A DNA stretch of 64,000 nt from Candidatus Methanosuratincola verstraetei (lineage in GTDB: Archaea; Thermoproteota; Methanomethylicia; Methanomethylicales; Methanomethylicaceae). The DNA lies in assembly GCA_049570475.1 (NCBI GenBank), contig CP186953.1, positions 512,001-576,000 of the forward strand, in the 5' to 3' direction. Position 1 is the stretch's first letter; each line of letters starts with the position of its first letter. Below the pieces are notes generated by a model. The model ran no database searches. It was not told the DNA's origin and worked only from the letters and a program-made list of their open reading frames with translations. Of this stretch, positions 28,903 to 39,087 are shown one piece after another. The position numbers were made by a program, and so were the translations under genes.

Positions 28903-29352
28903 CTAACGGACCAGTATCGAGGCCTTTTCAGGAGAGTACTTCCAGTCCTTGGGAAGGCGCCCAGTCGCAGTATAGTACTTCGTGAGCCGCCTTATCTTGG
29001 ACTCGAGCAGCTGCAGACCCCTCTTCGAGCTCATGTCCTTTGGCTGCTCCTCCAGATGGCGCCTTATGGCAGCAGAATGCTTCATGAGATTGAAGAGGTC
29101 TTCTGGGATCTCCGGCGCCGCTCCCCTGGATCTCAGGATCGCGAGTACCTTCTTGTTGGTTATATGTTTGGCGAGCGGGATACCATACTGATCCCTCAAT
29201 TGTACCCCTATCTGCGAAGGCGAAAGGCCCTTCTTCGCCATCTCCTGGACTAGCGACTCAACTTCCTCTGGAGAGGCCTTGACCCACTTGGGAGCGCCGC
29301 TCTCGATCGGTCTGATCGAGTGGGAACTGCCCTTAATCTTACTCTTCCTCAA
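28903..29352 (-). CDS. rps15: 30S ribosomal protein S15 (uS15)
   Basis: [28 protein letters not shown]. Confidence 0.97.
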   Translation of the reverse strand: MRKSKIKGSSHSIRPIESGAPKWVKASPEEVESLVQEMAKKGLSPSQIGVQLRDQYGIPLAKHITNKKVLAILRSRGAAPEIPEDLFNLMKHSAAIRRHLEEQPKDMSSKRGLQLLESKIRRLTKYYTATGRLPKDWKYSPEKASILVR

Positions 29353-29388
29353 TATGCCCACCTGAGCAATGCATAGAATAAAGAACAT

Positions 29389-29970
29389 TTATTTAAGCGT
29401 ATGCTCTCGACCCGAGCGGCTGATCCATTCCCCGAGTGCCCTGAATGCCCTTCCCCGGTGGGATACGGCCGACTTCTCGGACGGGCTCAGCTCCGAAAAA
29501 GTCCTTCCACCGCACCCCTCGCAGACGAATATGGGGTCGAATCCGAAGCCGCCGCTGCCCCTCGGCGACTCAGCGATTGATCCGTTGGCAACGCCTACGA
29601 ACGATCGCAGCGAGTCCCCGCCCGCATAGACAACGACGCACTCAAATCGGGCTGCCCGATTGCATTTGTCTTCCAAGAGGCGCAGAATCCCCCCGCAACC
29701 TATGGTCTTGTAGACGTACGAGGAGTATGGCCCTGGGAACCCGTTCAGCGATTCAACGAAAAGGCCAGAGTCCTCGACAACCAGGGGGGATCCAAGCGAT
29801 CGGTATGCAGCCTCAGCCGCGTATCTGGCTATCTCCTCAAGGGAGTCTGACTGGATCTCAATCTTCTGAGAAGGCGCAGGCTTCAGGAGGACCCCGAATT
29901 CTGAAAGGATGGAATTCGCCTCTGCCAACTTGTGGAGGTTTCCGGTGGCGAAATAGATCTCCAAACCCAT
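29389..29970 (-). CDS. XTP/dITP diphosphatase (Ham1/RdgB)
   Basis: FATGN.HK, VEDSGL, GFPGPYS, GFGFDPIF, SHRG. Confidence 0.95.
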   Translation of the reverse strand: MGLEIYFATGNLHKLAEANSILSEFGVLLKPAPSQKIEIQSDSLEEIARYAAEAAYRSLGSPLVVEDSGLFVESLNGFPGPYSSYVYKTIGCGGILRLLEDKCNRAARFECVVVYAGGDSLRSFVGVANGSIAESPRGSGGFGFDPIFVCEGCGGRTFSELSPSEKSAVSHRGRAFRALGEWISRSGREHTLK

Positions 29971-30624
29971 CTATGCCTCCTTCCTGTGGTTCACGTCGAC
30001 ATACCTGCCGCGCCTCCGGATCGCATCGACCCTCCTGAGAACAGGATCGGAGAGATCCCCCATGACGCCCCTATAGCCTTCTATGAACGAGAGGTATGCT
30101 TCCGAGGACACTTCATGGTGTGAGCTCTCCAGGGCCCGCCTCATGAGGTGTATGTCAACTCCTCTTGACTCGATATCTGAAGAATGCTCGCCGAGCCCGA
30201 AATCGATTAGGTAGAGAAGCCCCGAATATGGGATTATGTTCGAGGTCGTCAGATCCCCATGGACTATGCCGCCTCTATGGAGGCGCCCCACCATCTCGCC
30301 CACCCTTGAGAAGGTCAGAGCAAGCCCCTCGGGGTCCATGCCATCGACAAACCGCTTCAGCGGGGGAGCATCGATGTAGCTCATCACTATCTCGCAGTTC
30401 CTCTTGTCGACTGAGTACACAACGGGGGTTGGAACGCCCAGGCGGCGGGCTTCAGAGAGGAGCTTTGCCTCGTTGGAAGTCCTTGATCCCCTCACATAGG
30501 AGTCCAAGTCAGGGTTGCGGTAGCCCTTCTTTATCCTCCTCTTCAGGACGGCTTTCAGCCCCATCCAATCAGTGAGGTAGAGCTCGGCCTCCGCGCCCTT
30601 CTTGATCAGCCTCATCTCCGCCAA
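29971..30624 (-). CDS. bud32: KEOPS kinase Bud32
   Basis: GAEA, R..K.YR, HGDLTTSN, IDFGL, RGRY. Confidence 0.95.
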   Translation of the reverse strand: MAEMRLIKKGAEAELYLTDWMGLKAVLKRRIKKGYRNPDLDSYVRGSRTSNEAKLLSEARRLGVPTPVVYSVDKRNCEIVMSYIDAPPLKRFVDGMDPEGLALTFSRVGEMVGRLHRGGIVHGDLTTSNIIPYSGLLYLIDFGLGEHSSDIESRGVDIHLMRRALESSHHEVSSEAYLSFIEGYRGVMGDLSDPVLRRVDAIRRRGRYVDVNHRKEA

Positions 30625-31604
30625 GGAACCTCCACCTCGTCTAGCCTCCAGTTCGGATTCACGTAACTTGACTCTACGGGGACCGTCAGCCCCTCTTTCA
30701 ACGCAAGATAACCGGTCCAAGCGATCATGCCCCCGTTGTCGCCCGCGAGGTCTGGGGGGACCACATGGAATCTTGCGGAGTGATCGCTGCAGACGAATGA
30801 TAGTGCGCGCTGAAGCCTCTTGCTCCTCGCCACCCCGCCAGTGAGGAGGAGCGCGCCCTTCTCGGTGTGGGCGATTGCCCTTTCCGCTACCTCAGCCACC
30901 ATCCCGTAAGCAACTTCCAACAGGCTCAGGCTGAGATCCCCCATGTCGCACTTGCTCGCCAGCCTCGAAGCCATGGTCAAAAGCCCTGAGTAGGAAACAT
31001 CCTGCCCTTTGACCACGTATGGCAGCGGTATGAACTTCTTCCCCCCGTCGGCGAGCTGCTCGAGCTTCGGGACGCCCGGGTGGGGGAGCCCGAGGTGGCG
31101 CGCAAATGTATCGAGGCAGTTGCCCAAAGCAATGTCCAAAGTCTCGCCGAAAACGCGGTATCTCCCTCCAGCGTAAGCAGAGATTATCGTGTTGCCGCCT
31201 GAAACATAAACGACGAGGGGATCATCCTCGCAGGTCACTAGCCTGCCGATTTCGATGTGTGCTATGCAGTGGTTGACAGGCACCAGCGGGCACTTCCTGA
31301 CAAGAGAGAGCGTCCTGGCAACGGTCGCCCCGGTCCTGAGGCAGGGCCCTAGACCTGGACCTGCAGAGAAGGCCACAGCAGCGATGTCGTTAAGCCTCAG
31401 CCCCGCCTCTTTCAACGCGCCCGAGATCGTGGCGGCGGCTTTCGCCGCATGGTGCTGGCTCGCCTCCCTCGGATGAATCCCGCCCGAGGCCGGGACATAC
31501 TCGCTCTTGACATTCGACAGTATCTTCCCTTCCGAGGAGGCGATCCCGCAGCCAAAAGTGTGCGCAGTGGACTCGATGCCGAGTATGTACTGCACCGAGT
31601 TCAT
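30612..31604 (-). CDS. kae1: tRNA t6A threonylcarbamoyltransferase Kae1
   Basis: GIESTAHT, GPGLGPCL, VNHCIAHIE, YVSGGNT, GETLDIA, DNGGMIA. Confidence 0.97.
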   Translation of the reverse strand: MNSVQYILGIESTAHTFGCGIASSEGKILSNVKSEYVPASGGIHPREASQHHAAKAAATISGALKEAGLRLNDIAAVAFSAGPGLGPCLRTGATVARTLSLVRKCPLVPVNHCIAHIEIGRLVTCEDDPLVVYVSGGNTIISAYAGGRYRVFGETLDIALGNCLDTFARHLGLPHPGVPKLEQLADGGKKFIPLPYVVKGQDVSYSGLLTMASRLASKCDMGDLSLSLLEVAYGMVAEVAERAIAHTEKGALLLTGGVARSKRLQRALSFVCSDHSARFHVVPPDLAGDNGGMIAWTGYLALKEGLTVPVESSYVNPNWRLDEVEVPWRR

Positions 31605-31618
31605 AGCTCCAGCTGCCT

Positions 31619-31783
31619 TTAGGACTTGATGAATTCAGTGAAGCCGCAGAAGCCGCATGCCCACCGCTGGGATGGCTTCATGTGCTTTGCCATCATCCTG
31701 CCGCATCTGGAGCATTTCTTGTTCTTGGGCTTAACGGTACCAGCAGCGTAATCGACTTCATAGAGCTCGTGGGCTTTTACCAA
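31619..31783 (-). CDS. rps27ae: 30S ribosomal protein S27Ae (eS31); absent from the ORF track
   Basis: Manual translation: TTG start, KNKKCSRCG..MA.H...RWACGFCGFTE. Confidence 0.93.
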   Translation of the reverse strand: MVKAHELYEVDYAAGTVKPKNKKCSRCGRMMAKHMKPSQRWACGFCGFTEFIKS

Positions 31784-31796
31784 ATCAGTCACCCCT

Positions 31797-32135
31797 TTAT
31801 GATGAAGCGCTCGCGGGAGCCGAGGCCTGTTTCCTCTCCTCTCTGGACAGGTTCCTCATCTGAATGTGCTTCGGTTCGATGGCTTTTCCCCTGGCAGCAT
31901 CGTCGTAGACATGGGCAGTGCAAGTGCAGACCTGCGAACCATACGAGGAGAGCACGTTCCTTATGTAGACGTTCTCGACCGGGACCTTGAGCGCCGATGC
32001 CAAGGCTTTCCTGAGCAGATCCCTCCTTGGCGAGACCTTGGAGGCCACCTCTAGCTTGAGTTCGCGGCGTTCCATGAGCTTGTTGATCCGCTCTTCGACG
32101 ATCGATATTTGGAATGCAACATCCTGAGAGGACAT
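31797..32135 (-). CDS. rps24e: 30S ribosomal protein S24e
   Basis: NKLMERRE, SPRR, YG, AHVYD, EPKHI..RN. Confidence 0.92.
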   Translation of the reverse strand: MSSQDVAFQISIVEERINKLMERRELKLEVASKVSPRRDLLRKALASALKVPVENVYIRNVLSSYGSQVCTCTAHVYDDAARGKAIEPKHIQMRNLSREERKQASAPASASS

Positions 32136-32360
32136 CTTACCACAACCATTTCGAATTAAAAAAACAGAGCTCCTTTTTTAGCTTTCCTATTGTTATGGTC
32201 GAAAAAGGCGGGTGCCATTCTGCAAATTTCGCACTTGGATACACCAAGCATTAAATAAAGTTTCGATATTAGCTGGATTTGCTAAAGGATGGTTAAATAA
32301 AAGAAGAATTAATAAGGAAGCTCTATCATGCATATTAGAAAAAATTAGGAGGCTTTAAGA

Positions 32361-33605
32361 ATGGCAAAGAAAACGCCATATGACATGGCAGTCGAACAGC
32401 TAGAAAAGTGTGCCAAAATAATAGATCTGGACCCCAATGCCTTGGAGATCCTCAGGTACCCGAATAGAGTCTTGTCGGTCTACATACCTGTAAGGATGGA
32501 CAACGGCAAGATCAAGGTCTTCAAGGGATACAGGTCCCAGCACAACAACGCTCTCGGTCCGTACAAGGGAGGGATCAGGTACCACCCGGACGTGACCATC
32601 GAGGAGGTGATGGCGCTCTCGATGTGGATGACCTGGAAGTGCAGCGTTGCGGGCATACCTCTCGGGGGCGGAAAGGGCGGAATAGTCTGCAACCCGAAGG
32701 AGATGAGTGTGGGAGAGCTCGAGAGGCTTTCGAGGGGATACTTCGCCGCAATCAGCAGAATCGTCGGGGACAAGGAGGACATACCTGCGCCTGACGTCAA
32801 CACATCAGGCAGGGAGATGGCGTGGTTCATGGACGAGTACAGCAAGTACAGCGGCTACAATGTCCCCGGAGTCGTCACCGGCAAACCTTTGGACATAGGA
32901 GGTTCCGAAGGGAGGACTGAGGCGACTGGAAGGGGCCTCTGGGTCACGGTCTGCGAGGCTGCAAAGAAGAAGGGCATAAGCCTGAAGAATGCGACTGCCG
33001 CCGTCCAGGGATTCGGCAACGTTGGGCTGTACTCCGCACTATTCCTGAGCTCGAGCGGCACCAAGATTGTAGCAGTCAGCGACTCGAAGGGAGGGATATA
33101 CAACAAGGACGGGTTGAATGTCAACGCAGTTGCCGATTTCAAGGCCAAGACTGGCAGCGTAGTCAACTTCCCAGGCGCAAAGAGCATCACCAACGAAGAG
33201 CTGCTCGAGACGGCTTGCGACATACTCATCCCAGCTGCGCTTGAGAACCAGATCAACGCCTCTAACGCAGACAAGATCAAGGCCAAGCTGGTCGCAGAGG
33301 GTGCGAATGGCCCCATAGCCCCTGAAGCAGACGAGATACTGTTCCAGAAGGGGATAATGGTGATCCCAGATATCCTGGCTAACGCAGGAGGGGTCAGCAC
33401 ATCCTACTTCGAATGGGTGCAGAACCTCCAGAACTATTACTGGACGCTGGAAGAGGTCAGGACCAAGCTGGACGCCCTCATGGTGAAGGCATTCAACAAC
33501 GTCTACGAGAAGGCCAACAAGCACAAGATAGACATGAGGATGGGCGCCTACGCCTGTGCGGTAGACAGGGTCGTTAGGGCAATGAAGCTGAGGGGATGGA
33601 TTTAA
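32361..33605 (+). CDS. gdhA: Glutamate dehydrogenase
   Basis: GPYKGGIRYH, GGGKGG, DIPAPD, QGFGNVG, EGANGP, NAGGV..SYFEW. Confidence 0.97.
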   Translation: MAKKTPYDMAVEQLEKCAKIIDLDPNALEILRYPNRVLSVYIPVRMDNGKIKVFKGYRSQHNNALGPYKGGIRYHPDVTIEEVMALSMWMTWKCSVAGIPLGGGKGGIVCNPKEMSVGELERLSRGYFAAISRIVGDKEDIPAPDVNTSGREMAWFMDEYSKYSGYNVPGVVTGKPLDIGGSEGRTEATGRGLWVTVCEAAKKKGISLKNATAAVQGFGNVGLYSALFLSSSGTKIVAVSDSKGGIYNKDGLNVNAVADFKAKTGSVVNFPGAKSITNEELLETACDILIPAALENQINASNADKIKAKLVAEGANGPIAPEADEILFQKGIMVIPDILANAGGVSTSYFEWVQNLQNYYWTLEEVRTKLDALMVKAFNNVYEKANKHKIDMRMGAYACAVDRVVRAMKLRGWI

Positions 33606-33625
33606 GGCAGGATCGGTCGTCCCGA

Positions 33626-34141
33626 TCACTCTACCCTCTCAAATCGGTCGAGTATCGACCTTATCCTTTTTTTCGTCTCTTCGTCTGCCTCTACAAGCAT
33701 CATCCCACGGTCAGGAATCCCATAAACCACAATCGATCCTACCGGAGAGAGTAAAATCGCAGGGATTGAGAGGAGATCCTCTTCGCCTTCTACACATATC
33801 GCAGTCCGCCCCTTTGACCCCAAGGCGACCTTGATTGCAGAAACTGCCTCGTCGGTTATCGTCCCTGGAGGGTTAGTCACTATGCAGGAATGGGGCAGGG
33901 CAATATCCCGGAAGCCAGAGCGCTTGGTCTTCCTGTCATAGACCGCAATGTCTGGGACGAATCCGTGATCAATCAGGGACTTCAGAGTGAAGTCACCCAC
34001 GACGATTACTTTTGGGGGGCGCTTGATCATGAAGAGCTCAATTGCCCTTGCCGCATTCTCTCCTGGAGATCCGGCAAGCAGAATGCCATACTCTTTAGTG
34101 AGGTCTTGCCTAAGGCTTTCCGGGAGCCTCAGATATCCCAA
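33626..34141 (-). CDS. GTP-dependent dephospho-CoA kinase (DUF359)
   Basis: VGD, D.KTKR, NPPGTIT, GEEDLL, YG.P..G. Confidence 0.9.
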   Translation of the reverse strand: MGYLRLPESLRQDLTKEYGILLAGSPGENAARAIELFMIKRPPKVIVVGDFTLKSLIDHGFVPDIAVYDRKTKRSGFRDIALPHSCIVTNPPGTITDEAVSAIKVALGSKGRTAICVEGEEDLLSIPAILLSPVGSIVVYGIPDRGMMLVEADEETKKRIRSILDRFERVE

Positions 34142-34144
34142 AGC

Positions 34145-34354
34145 TCACCGCACCCTTATCGCATATCTCCCTTCCCTTTTTGCCCCGATGACCTCGGCCA
34201 ATCTCGAGCCCGGATCCATGATTATTACAAGCCCACTCCATTCTTCAGAGAGGTCTGCGCTGCCGCATACAGGGCACTTCTTCTCCTCCCCAGAAACGAT
34301 AAACTTACACTTCCTGCACGCCAGTTGCTTTGACGAAGGGTTCGTTTTGCTCAT
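34145..34354 (-). CDS. spt4: Transcription elongation factor Spt4 (RpoE'')
   Basis: ACRKC, CPVCGS, EEWSG, GRYAIRV. Confidence 0.95.
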   Translation of the reverse strand: MSKTNPSSKQLACRKCKFIVSGEEKKCPVCGSADLSEEWSGLVIIMDPGSRLAEVIGAKREGRYAIRVR

Positions 34355-34359
34355 TGCGA

Positions 34360-34950
34360 TCACTTCTTTTGATCTTCAGCCGGCTTTGGCGGCTCTCCCT
34401 TTGCCTTTCTCAGGTCTTCCTCGATCCAAGCCAATGCCCCCAAGTAGGGCTGCCGCATCGTCATGCCGATCTTGCTGCTCCTTGATGCCCCGCTGCCCAG
34501 GCTGACAGTGATGATCCTGCACCTTACGCTCATCCCCTTCTCGATCACGCGGTGCGTCTCCTTTCCTATGAGAGCACCCCTCTTCTCGTCGTATGTTATG
34601 AAGTCGTCCATGAGCTGGGAGACATGGACAAGGCCGTCCATCGGGCCCATCCTCACGAAAACGCCAAAGTCTGTAACCTCGACCACCTCGCCCTCTACAA
34701 CCTCCTGAATTATCGGCGAGTATACAAGGAGATCGAAGGACGCCCTGTGGAATATCGCCCCATCGCCGGGGAGAATCTTACCCACATTCGAAACATTCAC
34801 ATTGAGCACCGCAAGCACTGCGCCGAACTCGCGCATCACAACCCCTTCATATGTCGAGCGCAGAACCTCTGAAGCGACCTGCTCGAGCGGCTGCCCAAAC
34901 TTATCGGGCGGGATCCGGACGACATCGTTGATATGAAGAAGCTTGTACAC
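34360..34950 (-). CDS. rpoE1: RNA polymerase subunit E' (Rpo7)
   Basis: VRIPP..FG, GDGA, S1 domain FGVFV..GPMDGLVH.SQ, TMRQP.LG; GTG start after AGGTGA. Confidence 0.96.
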   Translation of the reverse strand: MYKLLHINDVVRIPPDKFGQPLEQVASEVLRSTYEGVVMREFGAVLAVLNVNVSNVGKILPGDGAIFHRASFDLLVYSPIIQEVVEGEVVEVTDFGVFVRMGPMDGLVHVSQLMDDFITYDEKRGALIGKETHRVIEKGMSVRCRIITVSLGSGASRSSKIGMTMRQPYLGALAWIEEDLRKAKGEPPKPAEDQKK

Positions 34951-35070
34951 TGCAATCACCTTAAAACCATGAGTATGGTAAAGGCTATTCAAAGACATAT
35001 AAAAACTTGCTGTAAAGTGGAAACGGTTTTTCATACGACCTACTTTCATGGGGTGCAATCAGACCGCAGA

Positions 35071-35469
35071 TCACCCACTTGGGTCGATGATCATCCGGCC
35101 CTTCAGGAGAAGGACTCGTATCCCCTCTGACGACAGGCGCCTCCGCAGCGCAGCGTCTGCAGTTGCGACTGCGCATCCCATCTCCTTCGCCAGCTGCAGT
35201 ATCTTCTCGTCGACATCTGCCCCTTCCAAATCAGATCGTATGATGTCGAAGTGCTTGGCAATCTGGAGTGCAAGCCGGGCAAACTTACCCCGCTTGTCAA
35301 GGCTCCTCCCGATAGAGATCAGCTCATCGAGCACGAATGAGGGGACGGCGACCCTGGAAAAACCCGCCCTCCTCATCTCGGACTCAAGATTGAAGGGCTT
35401 TGAGGCAGAGTAGATGAGAATGTTGGTGTCCAAGATGACTAAGCCCTTGTTATCACTCGACGAAACCAT
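35071..35469 (-). CDS. PIN-domain nuclease (Fcf1/Utp24-like)
   Basis: ILDTN, V.DEL, VD..I, AT.D..LR; follows aIF2gamma. Confidence 0.88.
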   Translation of the reverse strand: MVSSSDNKGLVILDTNILIYSASKPFNLESEMRRAGFSRVAVPSFVLDELISIGRSLDKRGKFARLALQIAKHFDIIRSDLEGADVDEKILQLAKEMGCAVATADAALRRRLSSEGIRVLLLKGRMIIDPSG

Positions 35470-36688
35470 ATCCTATCAGCCGCCAACGGTTCGCCAGCAT
35501 ACGGCTGATCGCGACCCGCGCGCCTTCCTCCACGCACACTGGGCGCTTTAGGACGAGCTGCGCTTCGTCCTTGTAGGCTGCGCTGACGAGCCCTACAGTC
35601 ACTGAAGATCCAACAACCAGCATCAGGCTCTCCCTGGCTTTCAGGTGCTCCACCTTCTGCATCTCCTTTGTGCCTACCACCCTCTCCAGCAGGTTGACCT
35701 TGAGCTTGAGCTCAGTCCTGGTGGGAGGGAGGGTCCCTGGTTTCCCGACTACGCTACCTACCAAGTTGTCAGCCTTCGTTAGTGCTGGGTCGAGGTATGT
35801 TCCCAGACCGACGAGCCCGCCTGGTCCTACCTCTTCGACTGCCATGCTCCCGGACATTAGGCTTGAAATCCTCGTGAACAGCGGCTCGTAGGTGACCTTG
35901 CCACTCTGCTCGATCTTTATCCCGGGCCTTATCTCGATCTCGTCGCCTACCCTGAACTTGCCCTGTATCAGGGATCCCCCGAGCACCCCACCATGGAGGG
36001 AGTCCGGCGGGGTTCCGGGCTTGTTTATGTCAAAAGACCTAGCCACGTACATCCTGGGTGGCTTCGATGGATCCCGCTTCGGGGTCGGGATCGCCTCTTC
36101 GAGGACCTTTATCAGGTAGTCGATGTTTGCCCCGTGGAGGGCAGATATTGGGACAATTGGCGCCCCCTCTGCTACCGTTCCCTTGACGAAGTCAAGGATC
36201 TGGTTGTAATTTTTCAGAACCCTCTCGCGATCAACTGCGTCAATCTTATTCTGGACAATGACTATGTTCTTTACGCCTATGATCTCGAGCGCCACTAGGT
36301 GCTCCCTTGTCTGGGGCTGCGGGCAGTCCTCAGCGGCGGAAATTATCAGCATTGCGCCGTCCATCAAAGCCGATCCCGATAGCATCGTGGCCATGAGGCT
36401 TTCGTGGCCGGGGGCATCAACGAAGGAAACTTTACGGAGGACCTCGGTCTTTACTTTGTGGACAGGGCATATCTCTGAAACAGTGTAAGCCTCGGGATCC
36501 GGGCACATAGGGCACTTCCTGAAGACGGTGTCTGCGTAGCCCAGCTTGATAGTGATGCCCCTCTTCAGCTCTTCGCTGTGGTGTGCAGCCCAGACCCCGC
36601 TGAGGGCAGAAACCACGGTAGTCTTCCCGTGATCGACGTGCCCCGTGAGGCCAATGTTGCACTCGGGCTGCGCAGTCTCTTTACTCAC
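35453..36688 (-). CDS. eif2g: Translation initiation factor aIF2 gamma
   Basis: [36 protein letters not shown]. Confidence 0.98.
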   Translation of the reverse strand: MSKETAQPECNIGLTGHVDHGKTTVVSALSGVWAAHHSEELKRGITIKLGYADTVFRKCPMCPDPEAYTVSEICPVHKVKTEVLRKVSFVDAPGHESLMATMLSGSALMDGAMLIISAAEDCPQPQTREHLVALEIIGVKNIVIVQNKIDAVDRERVLKNYNQILDFVKGTVAEGAPIVPISALHGANIDYLIKVLEEAIPTPKRDPSKPPRMYVARSFDINKPGTPPDSLHGGVLGGSLIQGKFRVGDEIEIRPGIKIEQSGKVTYEPLFTRISSLMSGSMAVEEVGPGGLVGLGTYLDPALTKADNLVGSVVGKPGTLPPTRTELKLKVNLLERVVGTKEMQKVEHLKARESLMLVVGSSVTVGLVSAAYKDEAQLVLKRPVCVEEGARVAISRMLANRWRLIGYGFVE

Positions 36689-37052
36689 TCTTCTTCCCTG
36701 CTTCCTCTTTCTTCACAATTACTGCATTGATCTGGACAATGTCTTCAGTGATCATATTCCCCCTAACCAGCTTCCTCTTCCTCTCGCCGTCTTCGCGCGG
36801 CTTGAAGCCAGGGGGGGAAGAGAGCAGGAGTTTCCTCTTGGATCCGCCTGGGACGTCGCTGCGCATCGGTATCCCGCTCCGGTCCGTACCTCCAAGTATC
36901 TTGAGCTCCACACCTGGAAGACCGAATGGATCGCCATTCAGGGTGTCTCCGATCTTCAGTCCTACAAGAGCCTGTGAATGGGGATCGGAGACCGTGACTG
37001 TCTTCGACGTCCCATCAGACGGGTCTGAAACCACAAGTTTGAACTCTACCAA
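36681..37052 (-). CDS. rps6e: 30S ribosomal protein S6e
   Basis: [22 protein letters not shown]. Confidence 0.96.
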   Translation of the reverse strand: MVEFKLVVSDPSDGTSKTVTVSDPHSQALVGLKIGDTLNGDPFGLPGVELKILGGTDRSGIPMRSDVPGGSKRKLLLSSPPGFKPREDGERKRKLVRGNMITEDIVQINAVIVKKEEAGKKSE

Positions 37053-37158
37053 TATGCATCACCGAGATAATGACTGTTGATCACAGTTCGAAGTGTAAGA
37101 TAGTTTATATCCCTTTCGCAGCCTTGGGGCTGACTGGCAAGCGCAAACGCAGGCATTT

Positions 37159-38958
37159 TCAGAATCCCGATGACTTCCATTTTATCTTCATTAACTTGTC
37201 GATTATCGCTAGTTCGTCTTCGCCCAGCCGGTCCTTGTACTTCTCCCTGAGTATGTAGAGGTCGTTGTCTGGGATCGAGACCAGCAGGCTCTCGCCTTCC
37301 TGCACTTGCCTCCCGACCATGAAGTCGCCCTTCATCGAGATTGCAATCTTGTCGCCGCGCTTTGCCTCCTGCAGGTTCTTCCCGCTGTCCTGTATCTGCA
37401 TTATCGAGCCGAGTATCTCGCCATTCTCCTTCATCAGCTGGTAACCTGGCTTTATCCTACCGCCGAGCACTTCGACACCGAATATTGGTGGCGAGCTCTT
37501 CCTGAAGACGCAACCAGGGAGTATCCTGACCTCCCCCGGCATTGTAAGGCTGCTGAACTCCTTTGTGGCAATCTCCTCGATAAGCTTGGCCGACCAGGAC
37601 TTGAAGTCGTCGACGATGTGGTAGATCACGTTGCTTGTGAATATGGGGATCCCCCTGTCCTTTGCCTCGGCTTCGGCCTCAGGCGTGACCTTGACGTTGA
37701 AGCCGACGATCGCCGCATACTCTGGCTTAGTCCTCTTGACTATCGTGGCCTCGATGAGATCCCGCTTCGATACAGGGCCTATGTCGGAAACCCTAACCGG
37801 CACCTGCTGGGTCCTGAGGAAGTTGACGAGGGCTTCCAGGGACCCTAATGTATCAGCTTTAACGACAATCCCTTGGGAATCTGTGGAGAACCTTACCTCA
37901 GACATCTCCTCGCGGATCTTCTTGAGCGCAGACGCTAGCTCTTCATCGGAGTTGGCCACAATCAGGGGGGCGCCCGCAACAGCGCCCTCTAGCCCTGGGG
38001 CAACTATCTTGACGCCGACTGCGGCGACAACTTTTTCGACTGATTGGAACTTGTCCTCAGGGTCCCTGATCTCATTCATTGGCTTCGGCAGCAGCAGGGC
38101 CCTCACTTTTGTCACGATTGGCTCGTTGAACCCCCCGACGACTATCCTGTCGCCGCGCTCGAGCATACCGTCGTAGAGGATGACGTCTATGGTATGACCT
38201 ATACCCAGATCCTCCTTCGCCTCCAGGATTACGCCCTTGCCTTGCCCTAACGAAACATCAAGCCGCTTGAGGAGGTACTGCTGAACCAATCCGCACAGAA
38301 GGGCAAGGAGCTCAGGTATGCCTTCCCCAGTGACTGCGCTTGTCGGGACTATCGCGACGGACTTTGTGAAGTCTCGGATCCGGTCTAGGCGGTCGGATGA
38401 GAACCCATACCTAGCCAGGTCGCCAATAATCCTGTAAATCAGCTCGTCCACCTTCTCCTGGACTGCTTTTGTCTGTGCCTTGTAGGACTCAAAGAAAGGC
38501 TTTTCAGGGAAGGGCCTCCACCCTGGAACCTTGTCAACTTTATTGGCCGCAACAATGAAAGGGGTCTTCCTGGAGCGGAGGATCTCTATGCATTCCTCAG
38601 TCTGCTTCTCTGATCCCTCCAGTATATCGATGACGAGGATGGCGATGTCAGAGACCGACCCGCCCCTGACCCTCAGGTTGGTGAAGACCTCGTGGCCTGG
38701 CGTATCGATCACGAGGATCCCAGGTATCGTGACCTTCATCTGGAAACCCTTGACTACCGGTGAGCAGTAACGCTCGATTACATCGATTGGCAAGAACGAG
38801 GCGCCGATGTGCTGGGTTTACCACCACAGCAAAGCAGCCGTGGTCATGGCCCCAACCTCGCGCGCCATCACCGCGCTCCCCCTTATCTTGTCAAGGAGCA
38901 GCGTCTTGCCTACATCGACATGCCCCAATACAGTGACTATAGGCTGTCGAATTGGCAT
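37159..38958 (-). CDS. infB: Translation initiation factor aIF5B (IF-2), spliced: exon 1 38958-38845, exon 2 38817-37159, 590 aa
   Basis: Exon 1 [19 protein letters not shown]...REVGAM; exon 2 TQHIGASF...[22 protein letters not shown]; same frame, separated by 27 nt. Confidence 0.93.
38818..38844 (-). other. 27-nt bulge-helix-bulge mRNA intron in aIF5B
   Basis: Outer helix GUUGGG/CCCAGC, central helix GCCA/UGGU, bulges UG^A and AA^A, inner helix CCACGGC/GCUGUGG; contains an in-frame UAA. Confidence 0.88.
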
Positions 38959-39087
38959 CAAATGCACCCCTGAATGGCTTCTCAAAGGTAGAGAAGACCA
39001 GCTCACTCATAAATGATGCGGAGCGTTGCTGAAGCAGCTGCCAAAAGATAAAAAAGGAATCCGGTATATGAGGGCTCTAGGATCGGG

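Noticed and set aside
28203-28985. Long antisense ORFs (for example 28203-28985, 3706-4437, 54987-55706, 43780-44445)
   Set aside because: Shadow frames of well-identified genes with no family motifs
38818-38844. aIF5B as a pseudogene, stop readthrough (Sec/Pyl) or mini-intein
   Set aside because: The stop is UAA, readthrough would leave 9 extra residues in switch 1, there are no intein motifs, and the rest of the gene is undamaged; the exact BHB explains it better
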